Assembly: GCA_000146465.1 (NCBI GenBank)
Contig: CP001947.1
Direction: 5' to 3' (one strand)
Length of the DNA: 64,000 bases
In this document: positions 38,214-47,698 of the stretch, piece by piece
Layout: each line of letters opens with the position of its first letter
Numbering within the stretch: the first letter of the stretch is position 1
Made by a program: the position numbers and the translations under genes
The notes under the pieces: model-generated
Seen by the model: only the letters and a program-made list of their open reading frames with translations
Databases searched by the model: none
What the model was told of the DNA's origin: nothing

Positions 38214-40160
38214 ATGAAGCAGAGATACACCTTTTTAGACATCAGAGCAACAGTCAACGAGTTGAAGCCTAGACTGGTGGGAAAGTTCATCCAGAACTTC
38301 TATACGACATCTCAGAGAATCATCTACATAAAGTTCAGTAACAAAGATATCCTCCTTGTCGAGCCGGGTGTTAGAATCCACTTGACGCAGGAGCATGACA
38401 TGGACATTTCCCATTTCTGCAAGATTCTGCGAAGAAAGGCCAGAAGAGACAAGGTTGTTGATATATATCAATGCGGATTTGATCGGGTGGTTGTTTTAGA
38501 GCTTGGAAGGCAGAAGATTGTATTTGAATTCTTTTCAGGGGGGAATATTTTGATTGTAGAAGATGGAAAGATAGCAGAAATATTTCGGGTTGTCAAGGAC
38601 TTAGATATTGTCAAAGGGTCAGAGTATGTGTTCAATAAGGTTGACTTTGACCTTAGCATTGATGCTTTTATCAAGAACGATCTGAAAGATTTTCTCCCCC
38701 TAGACGACCTCCTGGTCAAGAAGGTCTTGAACGAACTAGGCACCCGGATCAAGGCTGATCCTATAGACATGAAAAAAGCAGCACAGAACGGTATTCCGAT
38801 AAAGGAAGATGTCAAGAGCATATTCTTGGAGTTCATGAGTGAGTTCCGAAAGACGATGGAGGATATTCAAGGATATGGAGGTGTTATCATGGAAAAGGGA
38901 AAGCCATCGAATCTGATTCCATTTAAGGCTGATGGGGCAAAGGACTTCAACACATTTAATGATGCTGCAGAGTATTTCTTTCAAGGGAGAAAGAAATTTG
39001 GAAAGAACGATAGAGAGACAAAAGTGGATAAGGTGAGAAAAAGACAAGAAAACTATATGAAGGAGATGGAGCAGCAGGGAGAATGTTATAGGAAGAAGGC
39101 AGAGCTATTGGAAAAAAATGCGGATCTTGTTAACCGAATCCTGGAGATCTTCAAAGTTGTTAGAAAAAACAAAGTGAAATGGACGGATTTTGAAAAGTTC
39201 CGAGAACAAGAGAACAAGAAAGGAAGCGAGGTTTCCAAGGCTATTGTGAAGACGGATTTTGTATCCCACACATGTTGGATAACTTTAGAAGGAGAAGAGA
39301 TTCCGATTGATTTTAATATCTCACTATTCAATAATGTAAGCGAGTTTTATCAAAAAAGTAAGAAACTCGAAGAGAAGATTAGGAAGACTAGAGACAGTCT
39401 TGGAGAAGTGCTAAAGAAGATAGCGCCAAAGGTGGAGACTAAGAAAATCACAAGAACTCTGTATTGGTTTGAGAAGTTCCATTTCTTCTTTTCTTCAGAC
39501 GGTGTACTTGTGATCGGGGGGAAAACTGCCCAGCAGAATGAAATTCTTGTTAAGAAGCATCTAGAGCCTACAGACTTGTACTTCCATAGTGATGTACATG
39601 GTGCTTCAAGTATTATTGTCAAGAAGCCTACAGAGAAGACTATTGTAGAGACGGCATCGATGGCGCTTTGTATGTCAAGATGTTGGGAGACAAATGTTGT
39701 TTCTCCTGTATGGTATGTTTATGGTGAACAGGTTAGCAAGACGGCACCTTCAGGGGAGTATTTGGGAAAAGGGTCTTTTATGATAAAGGGAAAGAAGAAC
39801 TATGTGGATTGCCATAAGATAGAGTATGGGCTAGGATTGTTATTTCGAGTTTTCGAGGATATTGAAAAGCAGGTTGAAAACATGAAGGTTGATGAGAAGG
39901 AAAACCACAAGTTTGTGAGCGATCCGGAGGGGATGGAGATTGTCCATTCGATGCCTGTGTGTGGGCCTTGGAGTGTCATATCGACCTACAAATATAAAGT
40001 CAGGCTTGTGCCCGGAAGAGAAAGAAAAGGAAAACTGGTGCAGGAAGTATCGAAAAGATTTGTTGGGCAGGCGCCTGATAGCGAGAAGAGCTATGTGAGA
40101 AGTATATCGGTAGAAGAATACATTAACGTTCTTTTTGGAAATGTCCGAATAGGAAAATGA
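38214..40160 (+). CDS. RQC2: ribosome quality-control complex subunit Rqc2/Tae2 (NEMF; NFACT family)
   Basis: N-terminal FbpA/NFACT-N (MKQRYTFLDIRATVNELKPRLVGKFIQNFY...HLTQE). C-terminal NFACT-R (LYFHSDVHGASSIIVKKPT...WYVYGEQVSK). The track start is TTG. First ATG is at 38214. Confidence 0.75.
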   Translation: MKQRYTFLDIRATVNELKPRLVGKFIQNFYTTSQRIIYIKFSNKDILLVEPGVRIHLTQEHDMDISHFCKILRRKARRDKVVDIYQCGFDRVVVLELGRQKIVFEFFSGGNILIVEDGKIAEIFRVVKDLDIVKGSEYVFNKVDFDLSIDAFIKNDLKDFLPLDDLLVKKVLNELGTRIKADPIDMKKAAQNGIPIKEDVKSIFLEFMSEFRKTMEDIQGYGGVIMEKGKPSNLIPFKADGAKDFNTFNDAAEYFFQGRKKFGKNDRETKVDKVRKRQENYMKEMEQQGECYRKKAELLEKNADLVNRILEIFKVVRKNKVKWTDFEKFREQENKKGSEVSKAIVKTDFVSHTCWITLEGEEIPIDFNISLFNNVSEFYQKSKKLEEKIRKTRDSLGEVLKKIAPKVETKKITRTLYWFEKFHFFFSSDGVLVIGGKTAQQNEILVKKHLEPTDLYFHSDVHGASSIIVKKPTEKTIVETASMALCMSRCWETNVVSPVWYVYGEQVSKTAPSGEYLGKGSFMIKGKKNYVDCHKIEYGLGLLFRVFEDIEKQVENMKVDEKENHKFVSDPEGMEIVHSMPVCGPWSVISTYKYKVRLVPGRERKGKLVQEVSKRFVGQAPDSEKSYVRSISVEEYINVLFGNVRIGK

Positions 40161-40369
40161 TGTCTGATTAAAGATTATAAAGAATGTTTTTAGACGCCCC
40201 TCAAAGCAGAAGAAGGGATGTAGCTTGTGCAAAGTCCTTTAAACGCTTTTAAACAAAGCACCAGAGGCAAAACATTCATGTGTTCCTAATAGTGCATGAA
40301 CACCTATCCTCTGGAACATTTTTATTGTAATTTTTCGTTGTATAAATTTTTTTCTGATGGGCTTGGAGG

Positions 40370-41506
40370 ATGGGAGAGCACGAGACAAAGAGAAGGTACT
40401 CGCTTAGAAGAAGGAAGGATCCTTCGAAGGAGGTTACAAGGGCTAGAGGATCCAAGGTTGAGAAGGATTTAGACTTGGGTAGAACAGCCTTGATCGGGAA
40501 GTGGCTGGAGAAGCTAAAGGACCTTGGGCTGAATAGCGAAGAAAATACAATTCTAGAGAAGAAGAGTACGAGAGATGGGGAAGAGGTGTTTGGAGCTTCT
40601 AATAAAGAGGATTCCTGTATTGAGGAATGGAAAACGACATCAAATGAGGAGAGAAAGGAAAAGATTCGGCAGTTTGGTGGGATATCACATTTAGAATTTA
40701 AAGGACTGAGTCTAAATTTCCATCTTTATCTTCCAAAGACTCTCCAGAAGTTGTCAAGAATATTCCGCGTCTTAGAAACAATTCAACGCTTTAATACAGC
40801 AAGAAACCTGACAACGATTTTTATAAAATCGTTAGGATGTATAGAAAATCTTGTTAAACAGCGAGTGCAGGTGGAGGACATTGAAAGAATGTATTACATA
40901 GCTCCGAGGCTTTTTGGATTCAAAAGGATAAATATTCACCATGACGGAAAGGAAGTTAGGACTTTTGTCATTTATATTAATGGAGAAGCAAGGGAATTTA
41001 ACGAAGAGCTTGAGAGGTATGTTAAAGATTGCCACCTAAAGTTTCTCAAAGAGAGGGGATATGATTACAATGGAAATGGATTCCATCCTGAATTTGACTT
41101 TGAAGAGATCCCCTTGTATAGGAAGCCTTTATTTCCTGAAGAAGCTCAAGAGGAAGAAGCCTCTGGAAACGAAAACCTTATTCCGGTGAAAAGAAATCTT
41201 AAAATAGAAGAAGTAGCCAGGAAAAGAGCATCTACCATATTGGAAAGGATAAGGGAGAAGGAAAGGATGAGAAGAGAGGAGTTTATGAATAAATCTAAGG
41301 AGGAAGAGGATAATGTTCTTTTGAGCAATAGAATCCAAATCCTATTTAAGTCAGAAAACAAGCGTGCAATTCCAGTTAGTAGAGTCGTGGAGCTATTGAA
41401 GATATTTGATGGAGCAAACACAATTAACAGAATCATCAAATGGGATTCCTCTCTGTTTTACATAAAAACCATGAACGGAACGGAGTACCTTGTCTCTAAA
41501 GGCTAA
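40370..41506 (+). CDS. DNA replication licensing factor Cdt1-like (tentative)
   Basis: Central block LPKTLQKLSRIFRVLETIQRFNTARNLTTIFIKSLGCIENLVKQRVQVEDIERMYYIAPRLF resembles the Cdt1 winged-helix core. The C-terminal segment also resembles Cdt1_C. ATG confirmed. Confidence 0.45.
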   Translation: MGEHETKRRYSLRRRKDPSKEVTRARGSKVEKDLDLGRTALIGKWLEKLKDLGLNSEENTILEKKSTRDGEEVFGASNKEDSCIEEWKTTSNEERKEKIRQFGGISHLEFKGLSLNFHLYLPKTLQKLSRIFRVLETIQRFNTARNLTTIFIKSLGCIENLVKQRVQVEDIERMYYIAPRLFGFKRINIHHDGKEVRTFVIYINGEAREFNEELERYVKDCHLKFLKERGYDYNGNGFHPEFDFEEIPLYRKPLFPEEAQEEEASGNENLIPVKRNLKIEEVARKRASTILERIREKERMRREEFMNKSKEEEDNVLLSNRIQILFKSENKRAIPVSRVVELLKIFDGANTINRIIKWDSSLFYIKTMNGTEYLVSKG

Positions 41507-42106
41507 TGTAAGCTTGAATGAATATTTAGATTTTTATTTTCTTCTTCTGGACTCCATGGTATTATAGCCCCCTAGGACATGGAATAGATCCTTTATGAAA
41601 TACTTTAATTACTTTAAAAGTCTCGGATAGGCTAAATGTTCTTTCGCCTAGCATATGTTCTTGGGGATGATATACAATTAGGTTATAAAGCTAAGACATT
41701 TTGGGCAAAGACCCAACCAAAAGATTTCCGTCCTTCATGGGAATTGGCGGCCGGTTTATTTCCGTAGTACTCATGCATGCTGAGAAGTTTTCTGGTAAGA
41801 ATCCTGTGCTTGGAGATCCTTTGTCTTTGGTTTTATCTATTCTCAAAGAAAAGAGATTTTTTTCTAATTTATTCTGGAGAATCCTTGGAACCTCGAGGCT
41901 GCCTGAAGCTTTCATCAGGGTGGCAGTTAAGGCCTGTTTTTTAATAACTTCGTACTCCAACAAAGAGGAATTGAAAGAAGTAGGACGATAACCAACTGCT
42001 CTTGGATTTAAACAGAAGGACTTGGAGCCTGATTTATGTTTCCAACTGGAAGTGTACCCTTGCTAAGTTTTCCCACTCTATATATTCTGCATATGTAAAT
42101 GTCCTT

Positions 42107-42634
42107 ATGGCAATATCTCCAGAGGAAATTTTTCATATTGCCCACGAAGAGCTTGTTGAGATAGAACCCACAACGTCAATACCAGAGCTGTGTCTTCTAG
42201 AGAAGACTTATCCGGCGCTGATGCCCTTAGATATAGCAAGAATTCCGCTATATGCAGCCCTACTTCTGAAAAAATCGAACATGTGCAAGATAAGACTTCC
42301 ATCGTATCTGCAGATAGAAAATCTTAAGGCGACAATGGATGCCGAAATACAAAAAGTCGATGAATACTCTCAGATCCATCCATATTTCTTTCCTCTTGCA
42401 GAGAAGCTTCTGGAATGCTGCTACAATGTTGAGAACATAGAAGAAAGTAAGGTGATTGTTGAAAAGATCAAGGAAATAAGACTTGCAAAGACACTCAAAG
42501 GTATCAAATGCTTGGATGGAAGAGCTTTAAACATGAATAATATCACACTATTTGAGTTTAATGAGGTTAAAGAGCTTATCATCGGATCTGTGGAAGCAGG
42601 GCGGAAGATTGAGGCCTTGTCAAAAAACCAATGA
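42107..42634 (+). CDS. PSF2: GINS complex subunit Psf2
   Basis: EIFHIAHEELVEIEPTTSIPELCLLEK...IPLYAALLLKKSNMCKIRLPSYL aligns with GINS2 (EFLAEKELVTIIPNF...[23 protein letters not shown]). Anchored at the ATG (MAISPEEIF). Upstream track residues are run-through. Confidence 0.75.
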   Translation: MAISPEEIFHIAHEELVEIEPTTSIPELCLLEKTYPALMPLDIARIPLYAALLLKKSNMCKIRLPSYLQIENLKATMDAEIQKVDEYSQIHPYFFPLAEKLLECCYNVENIEESKVIVEKIKEIRLAKTLKGIKCLDGRALNMNNITLFEFNEVKELIIGSVEAGRKIEALSKNQ

Positions 42635-42764
42635 AGTCAGTATACGCATTACAAACGACTGAGAATTGGAAACCTTGTTTCATGGAGGAACTCCCTGAGT
42701 CGTCTTATCTGCGATGAAACAAGTAGGAGTAGTATATAACTACTTTGAAAAGGTTTAGTAACAT

Positions 42765-44600
42765 ATGAGATTCCAGAAGTATCTGAGGAGAAATGTATAT
42801 GCACCGTATAAGTACAATTACCTTGATTACGAAAATCTGAGAGAGAAGTTTAGGGAGAAAGAGTTTACTTCGAGCGATGAAGACGAGTTCGTCAAGGACC
42901 TAGATTCCAACATAAAGAGAGTTTTTGGGTTTGTTGAATCCAAGCATTCCGAATTTGTACAAAGGCTGAAGACACTAGAGAAAAAATCACATAGAGAGGC
43001 AAAGACCAAGATAAAGGAAATGGCCGAGGAGATGCGGCATTTTGCAGAGTTTATAAGAATCAACGTCATAGGATTCAAAAAGCTCTTGAAAAGACATGAT
43101 AAGCACACCAAGTACAAACTTCTTCCCTCTTACAAACCGATGCTAAAAGGGAAGATTAGATCTATCGAGGGTCTTGACGAGTTGATATACAAGGCAAGTA
43201 AGATTTCTCTTAAAGTTTCAGAGATGAAGAAAAGAGAAGTTGAAAGCAACAGCACGTTTATAAGAAGAACCGACAAGTATTGGGTCCACAAGGAAAACTT
43301 AGTACCTGTGAAGTTTTATATTACCCAGCATCTTCCAATATATGTTTTCACAAAAAACAACGATGGAAAGAGTCCGTACAGTTCATGGGACAAGAGTTCG
43401 CATGACTCCTGCATATCGTCTGTTTACTTTGATAACGTAACATTCGATCTTTATAGTGAGAGACTTAAGAAACTGCATCACTCAGAGGCCATCAGGATAA
43501 GGTGGTATACCTCTGAGGACCCGGAAGTGGTGTTTGTCGAAAGGAAGAGACACGAAGATGGATGGACTGGAGAGTCAAGCAAGAAGTTAAGATTTATGAT
43601 AAAAGAAAAAGACGTGCTTAAATACATTAATGGAGAAGATGTATGGGAGGATGTAGAGAAACTGAACAAAAATGAAGACGTAAGAACATTGTATGAAGAA
43701 ATACAGTCGTCTATTATCAATAGGGGGTTAAGGCCTGTTGTCAGAACGTTTTACAAAAGGAGTGCGTTTCAGCTTCCAAATGACTCCAGTGTCAGAGTCA
43801 GCCTTGATACAGACTTATGTATGATAAAAGAATGTAGTGATGGTGAAATAGCCGATCCAACCGGTCCAATCCGAAAATGGAGAAGAAGTGATGTGGGATG
43901 CGACTTTCCCTTTAGAAATGTCCCAAAGAATGAGATAGTTCGCTTTCCTCATGCAATACTCGAGATCAAAACACAAAGTTTTGACGAGACAAATCCTAAG
44001 TGGATTGAAGAGCTTATCAATGGCCCATTAGTGGAGCATGTGCACAAGTTTTCCAAGTATCTCCATGGTTGTGCAGTCTTGTATCCATTTATCCAGGATA
44101 TTCCTTATTGGCTTCCTCAAGTAACTGTAGACATAAGGAAGGATCCATTTCAGCCAGATGTGGACAAGAAGTCTTTTAAGGATACGGTTCTAGTCGATAT
44201 TCCTGCAGAAAGTGATCCCAGCAACAGTGAAAAGCTAAGTCCTATAGAAGTACATGGAAAAAGAATATCGATTCCTGTCCGTGTTGAGCCGAAGGTATTT
44301 TTTGCTAACGAAAGAACGTTTCTGTCTTGGGTCCAATTTGCCATCTTCTTAGGAGGTATAGGAAGTGCTTTATTGGGCCTTGGGGATGAGAAGGCTAGTC
44401 TCTCTGGTTTGATTCTGGTCATTGTAGCAATAATCTTCTCCTTCTATTCTTTGTACCTTTATCTATGGAGGGCCAAAATGATAAGAATGAGGGATCCAGG
44501 ACCATACGACGATATATATGGCCCTGCTGTTCTTGTCTGTGTGTTTTTAGTTGCTATGGGACTCTCAGTTTTCTTTAAGTTTCCACTAAAGAGAGTCTGA
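42765..44600 (+). CDS. VTC4: vacuolar transporter chaperone Vtc4-like polyphosphate polymerase (SPX + VTC + DUF202 TM)
   Basis: N-terminal SPX (MRFQKYLRRNVYAPYKYNYLDYENLREK). Central VTC/CYTH-like domain. C-terminal membrane anchor ERTFLSWVQFAIFLGGIGSALLGL plus two more TMs. Confidence 0.7.
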   Translation: MRFQKYLRRNVYAPYKYNYLDYENLREKFREKEFTSSDEDEFVKDLDSNIKRVFGFVESKHSEFVQRLKTLEKKSHREAKTKIKEMAEEMRHFAEFIRINVIGFKKLLKRHDKHTKYKLLPSYKPMLKGKIRSIEGLDELIYKASKISLKVSEMKKREVESNSTFIRRTDKYWVHKENLVPVKFYITQHLPIYVFTKNNDGKSPYSSWDKSSHDSCISSVYFDNVTFDLYSERLKKLHHSEAIRIRWYTSEDPEVVFVERKRHEDGWTGESSKKLRFMIKEKDVLKYINGEDVWEDVEKLNKNEDVRTLYEEIQSSIINRGLRPVVRTFYKRSAFQLPNDSSVRVSLDTDLCMIKECSDGEIADPTGPIRKWRRSDVGCDFPFRNVPKNEIVRFPHAILEIKTQSFDETNPKWIEELINGPLVEHVHKFSKYLHGCAVLYPFIQDIPYWLPQVTVDIRKDPFQPDVDKKSFKDTVLVDIPAESDPSNSEKLSPIEVHGKRISIPVRVEPKVFFANERTFLSWVQFAIFLGGIGSALLGLGDEKASLSGLILVIVAIIFSFYSLYLYLWRAKMIRMRDPGPYDDIYGPAVLVCVFLVAMGLSVFFKFPLKRV

Positions 44601-44669
44601 ATAAAACAATTTATTTGCCAATGGTTCTTAGAAATTAATGCCTTGGGAGTGGTATTATGTGGTTTTTCC

Positions 44670-44888
44670 TTACATAAAGAAGTCCATAGCGGGACTGGGG
44701 TTTTTACGGAAAAACCTAGAACCGTCAAAGCAGTCGAGAAGCCATTCAAGAGTAAGCCTTTCCTCCACCTTAAGGCTTTCCATCATCTCTTTCAACTTAT
44801 GATTATATTCTATTACATTTGCAATGTCCTCCTCAAGCTTCTTAAGCTTTGTTTCTAGTTCTTTATTAATTTCTTCCCTTGATTCCAT
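44670..44888 (-). CDS. hypothetical small coiled-coil protein (72 aa)
   Basis: ATG-initiated ORF filling the 44.6-44.9 kb gap between VTC4 and CDC23. Heptad-like sequence. Could be spurious. Confidence 0.3.
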   Translation of the reverse strand: MESREEINKELETKLKKLEEDIANVIEYNHKLKEMMESLKVEERLTLEWLLDCFDGSRFFRKNPSPAMDFFM

Positions 44889-44912
44889 GGAAAGGGTATT
44901 TTGGAGTTGAGT

Positions 44913-46304
44913 TTATTTGTTAGCGAGACTTGCATAGTAAGAGCTTCTCTTATCATCAAACATTCTTTTAAAATATTCCTCCAAAAATAAACATATTCTT
45001 CTTGTGTCGTCCTTGCTTGTTTCAACATACTTCTCATAGTACACGACTGCTTCTGTATACATCTTCATGTTCTTATAGGCATCTCCTATATATAGATATC
45101 CATCGGGATCGTTCAGCTCTATGACGTTTTTGAAGCATCTAATAGCATCGTCCATCTTATTCAGGTTCATATAGCATTGCCCTAGAGTTGTCCAAACAAT
45201 AGGGTCGTTACTCTTGTACTCCAAAGCTTTCTTGATAAAGAAAAGGGCATATTCATACATTGTCATCGTTGCATATGCCTGTCCAATACTATACCAGGCC
45301 CGGTAGTCCATAGGACACATTTTCAGAGCGATGTTGTAAGAGTTAACCGCCTTTTCCATATTCTTCATTTCAAGATGCTCATGACCTATAAGCGTATGGA
45401 CTATCGAAGAAGAAGGGTTCAGCCTTACGCTGAGCTGAAAGTATTCAATTGCTTTCTTATGCTCCTTTTTCATAGAATAATAGTTTGCTATGCAGCACAT
45501 TGTCTCGGATCTATACTTGTTTATGTTCAGAGCATTTTCTGCAAGAAGAAGAACTCTATTATCATTCTTTATGTACAAAGCGTTTGAATAGAGATCGATG
45601 TAATCCAAATCATAGTAAAAGGAGTTTTTTGTAATCTTCTCAAACACCTCGATGCATCCTTTAAAATCCTTCTGGTGATATAGAACAGCCCCGGCTAAGT
45701 TCGGATATTTCATGTTAATACAGAGTCCGTCCGAGAACTTTCTCCACTTACTTTCGCATACTTCATTTTCAGGAACAAAGGCCGGGGTCCAGGTTTTCTT
45801 GATCATCTTTGTACAAAACAGATGCATGAAAAAGAAGTCGCTTAAGCCACCAACAATGCTAATTGATCCTATAGTTTCAGGGGTGGCGATCTCTGCAAGA
45901 TCCAGATATGCTTCCCAAAACCATGGATTTATCAAAATAACATCGGAGAGAATACGGCAGTCTTTTTTTACCTTACCTTCTATGTAGAGTAAAAACTCGT
46001 CTTTTTCGCATCCACACCAATGGACCTCCACAGGTTTATTGAGATGAAGAAGTAGATTTATGTTTCTTATGAAGTTGATTCTCTGGGAACAACATGCACA
46101 AAACACGACTTCTTCAAGATGGAGAAGACTGGCCTTGCAAAGGAGAGAGACGTATGCTTTTCTGTACTCCTTTATGTTTTGGTAAGTTAGTGAAAGATAC
46201 TCCTTCGAGGACAATGTTACTGAAATTTCATCAGATGTTATTCCAACCTTGGACAAGAAGTCAACTGTTTTATGGAGATTGCGTGCAAAGAACTCGGCCA
46301 TCAT
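44913..46304 (-). CDS. CDC23: anaphase-promoting complex subunit 8 (Cdc23-like TPR protein)
   Basis: Consecutive TPRs with Cdc23-like spacing (AWYSIGQAYATMTMYEYALFFIKKALEYKSNDPIVWTTLGQCYMNLNKMDDAIRCFKNV). The track start is TTG. First ATG is 11 codons in. Confidence 0.6.
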   Translation of the reverse strand: MMAEFFARNLHKTVDFLSKVGITSDEISVTLSSKEYLSLTYQNIKEYRKAYVSLLCKASLLHLEEVVFCACCSQRINFIRNINLLLHLNKPVEVHWCGCEKDEFLLYIEGKVKKDCRILSDVILINPWFWEAYLDLAEIATPETIGSISIVGGLSDFFFMHLFCTKMIKKTWTPAFVPENEVCESKWRKFSDGLCINMKYPNLAGAVLYHQKDFKGCIEVFEKITKNSFYYDLDYIDLYSNALYIKNDNRVLLLAENALNINKYRSETMCCIANYYSMKKEHKKAIEYFQLSVRLNPSSSIVHTLIGHEHLEMKNMEKAVNSYNIALKMCPMDYRAWYSIGQAYATMTMYEYALFFIKKALEYKSNDPIVWTTLGQCYMNLNKMDDAIRCFKNVIELNDPDGYLYIGDAYKNMKMYTEAVVYYEKYVETSKDDTRRICLFLEEYFKRMFDDKRSSYYASLANK

Positions 46305-46362
46305 CAGGGCTTGGAGCTCCAAAAATTTGTTGCCCAATAAATGGACTTGAAATTGGTCCCTG

Positions 46363-47637
46363 ATGGATTTGGAGAAAGTACGTATTTCTCAAAAGAAGGT
46401 TATCAACATTGTATTTGTCGGCCATGTTGATGCAGGAAAGTCAACGATATGCGGGCAGATCCTTGTTCAAATGGGATTGGTAGATCCAAGGACATTGGAG
46501 AAGTATAAGGAGATGTCTCGAGAACAGAATAGAGAAAGTTGGTATTTGAGCTGGTGTCTGGACATCAATCCTGAAGAAAGAGAGAGGGGAAAGACTACAG
46601 AAGTAGGAACGGCATCGTTTGAGCTTCCTCACAGAAGAATAAATATACTAGACGCACCGGGGCATAACCAGTTTGTATTTGAGATGATAAATGGGGCCAA
46701 CCGAGCGGATGTGGGGATACTGGTTATATCTGCAAGGATAAACGAGTTTGAGGCGGGGTTTGAAAAGGGAGGTCAGACTAGAGAACACATCTTTTTGTTA
46801 AAGGCCGGAAGTGTCCAAAGGTTGATTGTACTAGTTAATAAGATGGATGATCCAAGTGTGGGATGGAACAAGAGTAGGTTCGATGAGATCAAGGACAAAG
46901 TCTCGGCATTTGTTAGAAGGATGTTTCCTGTCCCTGTATTTATTCCTGTTAGTGGATTTACTGGAGAATACATCAAGGACAAAGGATCATGCCCATGGTA
47001 CGATGGGGAATCTTTTCTTTCGGAGCTCGACAAGATAACAATCCCAAGAAGATCGGATGTGCCTTTGGCAATTACTGTTACAGAAAAGGTAAAGCTAATG
47101 GGAATGACGATTTTGTACGGGAAGGTTGAATGCGGAAAGGTAACTCCCGGGATGCCAATAAAAATCCTGCCACACAATACAAAGAACTTCATTTCGTCTA
47201 TAATGGATGATGAAGATGTTGAAATTGAGGAAGGGAATCCAGGAGATGTTGTGAAACTGAAGCTAAAGGAGGATCCAGATGATGTATCAGTTGGAACTAA
47301 AATACTAGATCTCAACAACATGGATTACAGATCTACACAGGAATTTACATGTGGATTAAACATACTCGACGTCGATACAATAATAAGCTCTGGGTATACA
47401 TGTATTCTTCATGTAGGAATTGCTACCGTTCAGTGCAAAATAAAAGAAATAAGGGACATCAATAACAAGAAGATCAGATTCTGCCGCCATGGAAGTAAGG
47501 TTCTTGCAAAGATAGTGGTTTCATCTCCTATCTGCGTTTTTCATGGTAACAAGGATGAAGAAGAAAGACAGAGATTTGCACTGAGGCTCGAGAGTAAAAC
47601 CATTGCTGTAGGTGTAATAAGAACCGTAAAAGAATAA
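46363..47637 (+). CDS. EF1-alpha-like translational GTPase of the eRF3/HBS1 subfamily
   Basis: GHVDAGKST, DAPGH, NKMD. GFEKGGQTREH is the eRF3/HBS1 signature. Beta-barrel domains II/III. 424 aa with no N-terminal extension. Confidence 0.8.
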   Translation: MDLEKVRISQKKVINIVFVGHVDAGKSTICGQILVQMGLVDPRTLEKYKEMSREQNRESWYLSWCLDINPEERERGKTTEVGTASFELPHRRINILDAPGHNQFVFEMINGANRADVGILVISARINEFEAGFEKGGQTREHIFLLKAGSVQRLIVLVNKMDDPSVGWNKSRFDEIKDKVSAFVRRMFPVPVFIPVSGFTGEYIKDKGSCPWYDGESFLSELDKITIPRRSDVPLAITVTEKVKLMGMTILYGKVECGKVTPGMPIKILPHNTKNFISSIMDDEDVEIEEGNPGDVVKLKLKEDPDDVSVGTKILDLNNMDYRSTQEFTCGLNILDVDTIISSGYTCILHVGIATVQCKIKEIRDINNKKIRFCRHGSKVLAKIVVSSPICVFHGNKDEEERQRFALRLESKTIAVGVIRTVKE

Positions 47638-47698
47638 AACACTCCGGCTTAAGAATCGCTGACTCCTGGAGGATTTTTATGAAAGTTCGGAAAGTCTT

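Noticed and set aside
41691-41991. Two mutually antisense 90-96-aa ORFs in the 600-bp spacer
   Set aside because: Neither has domain-like sequence or plausible start context. They are kept only as part of the candidate ncRNA/regulatory spacer finding.
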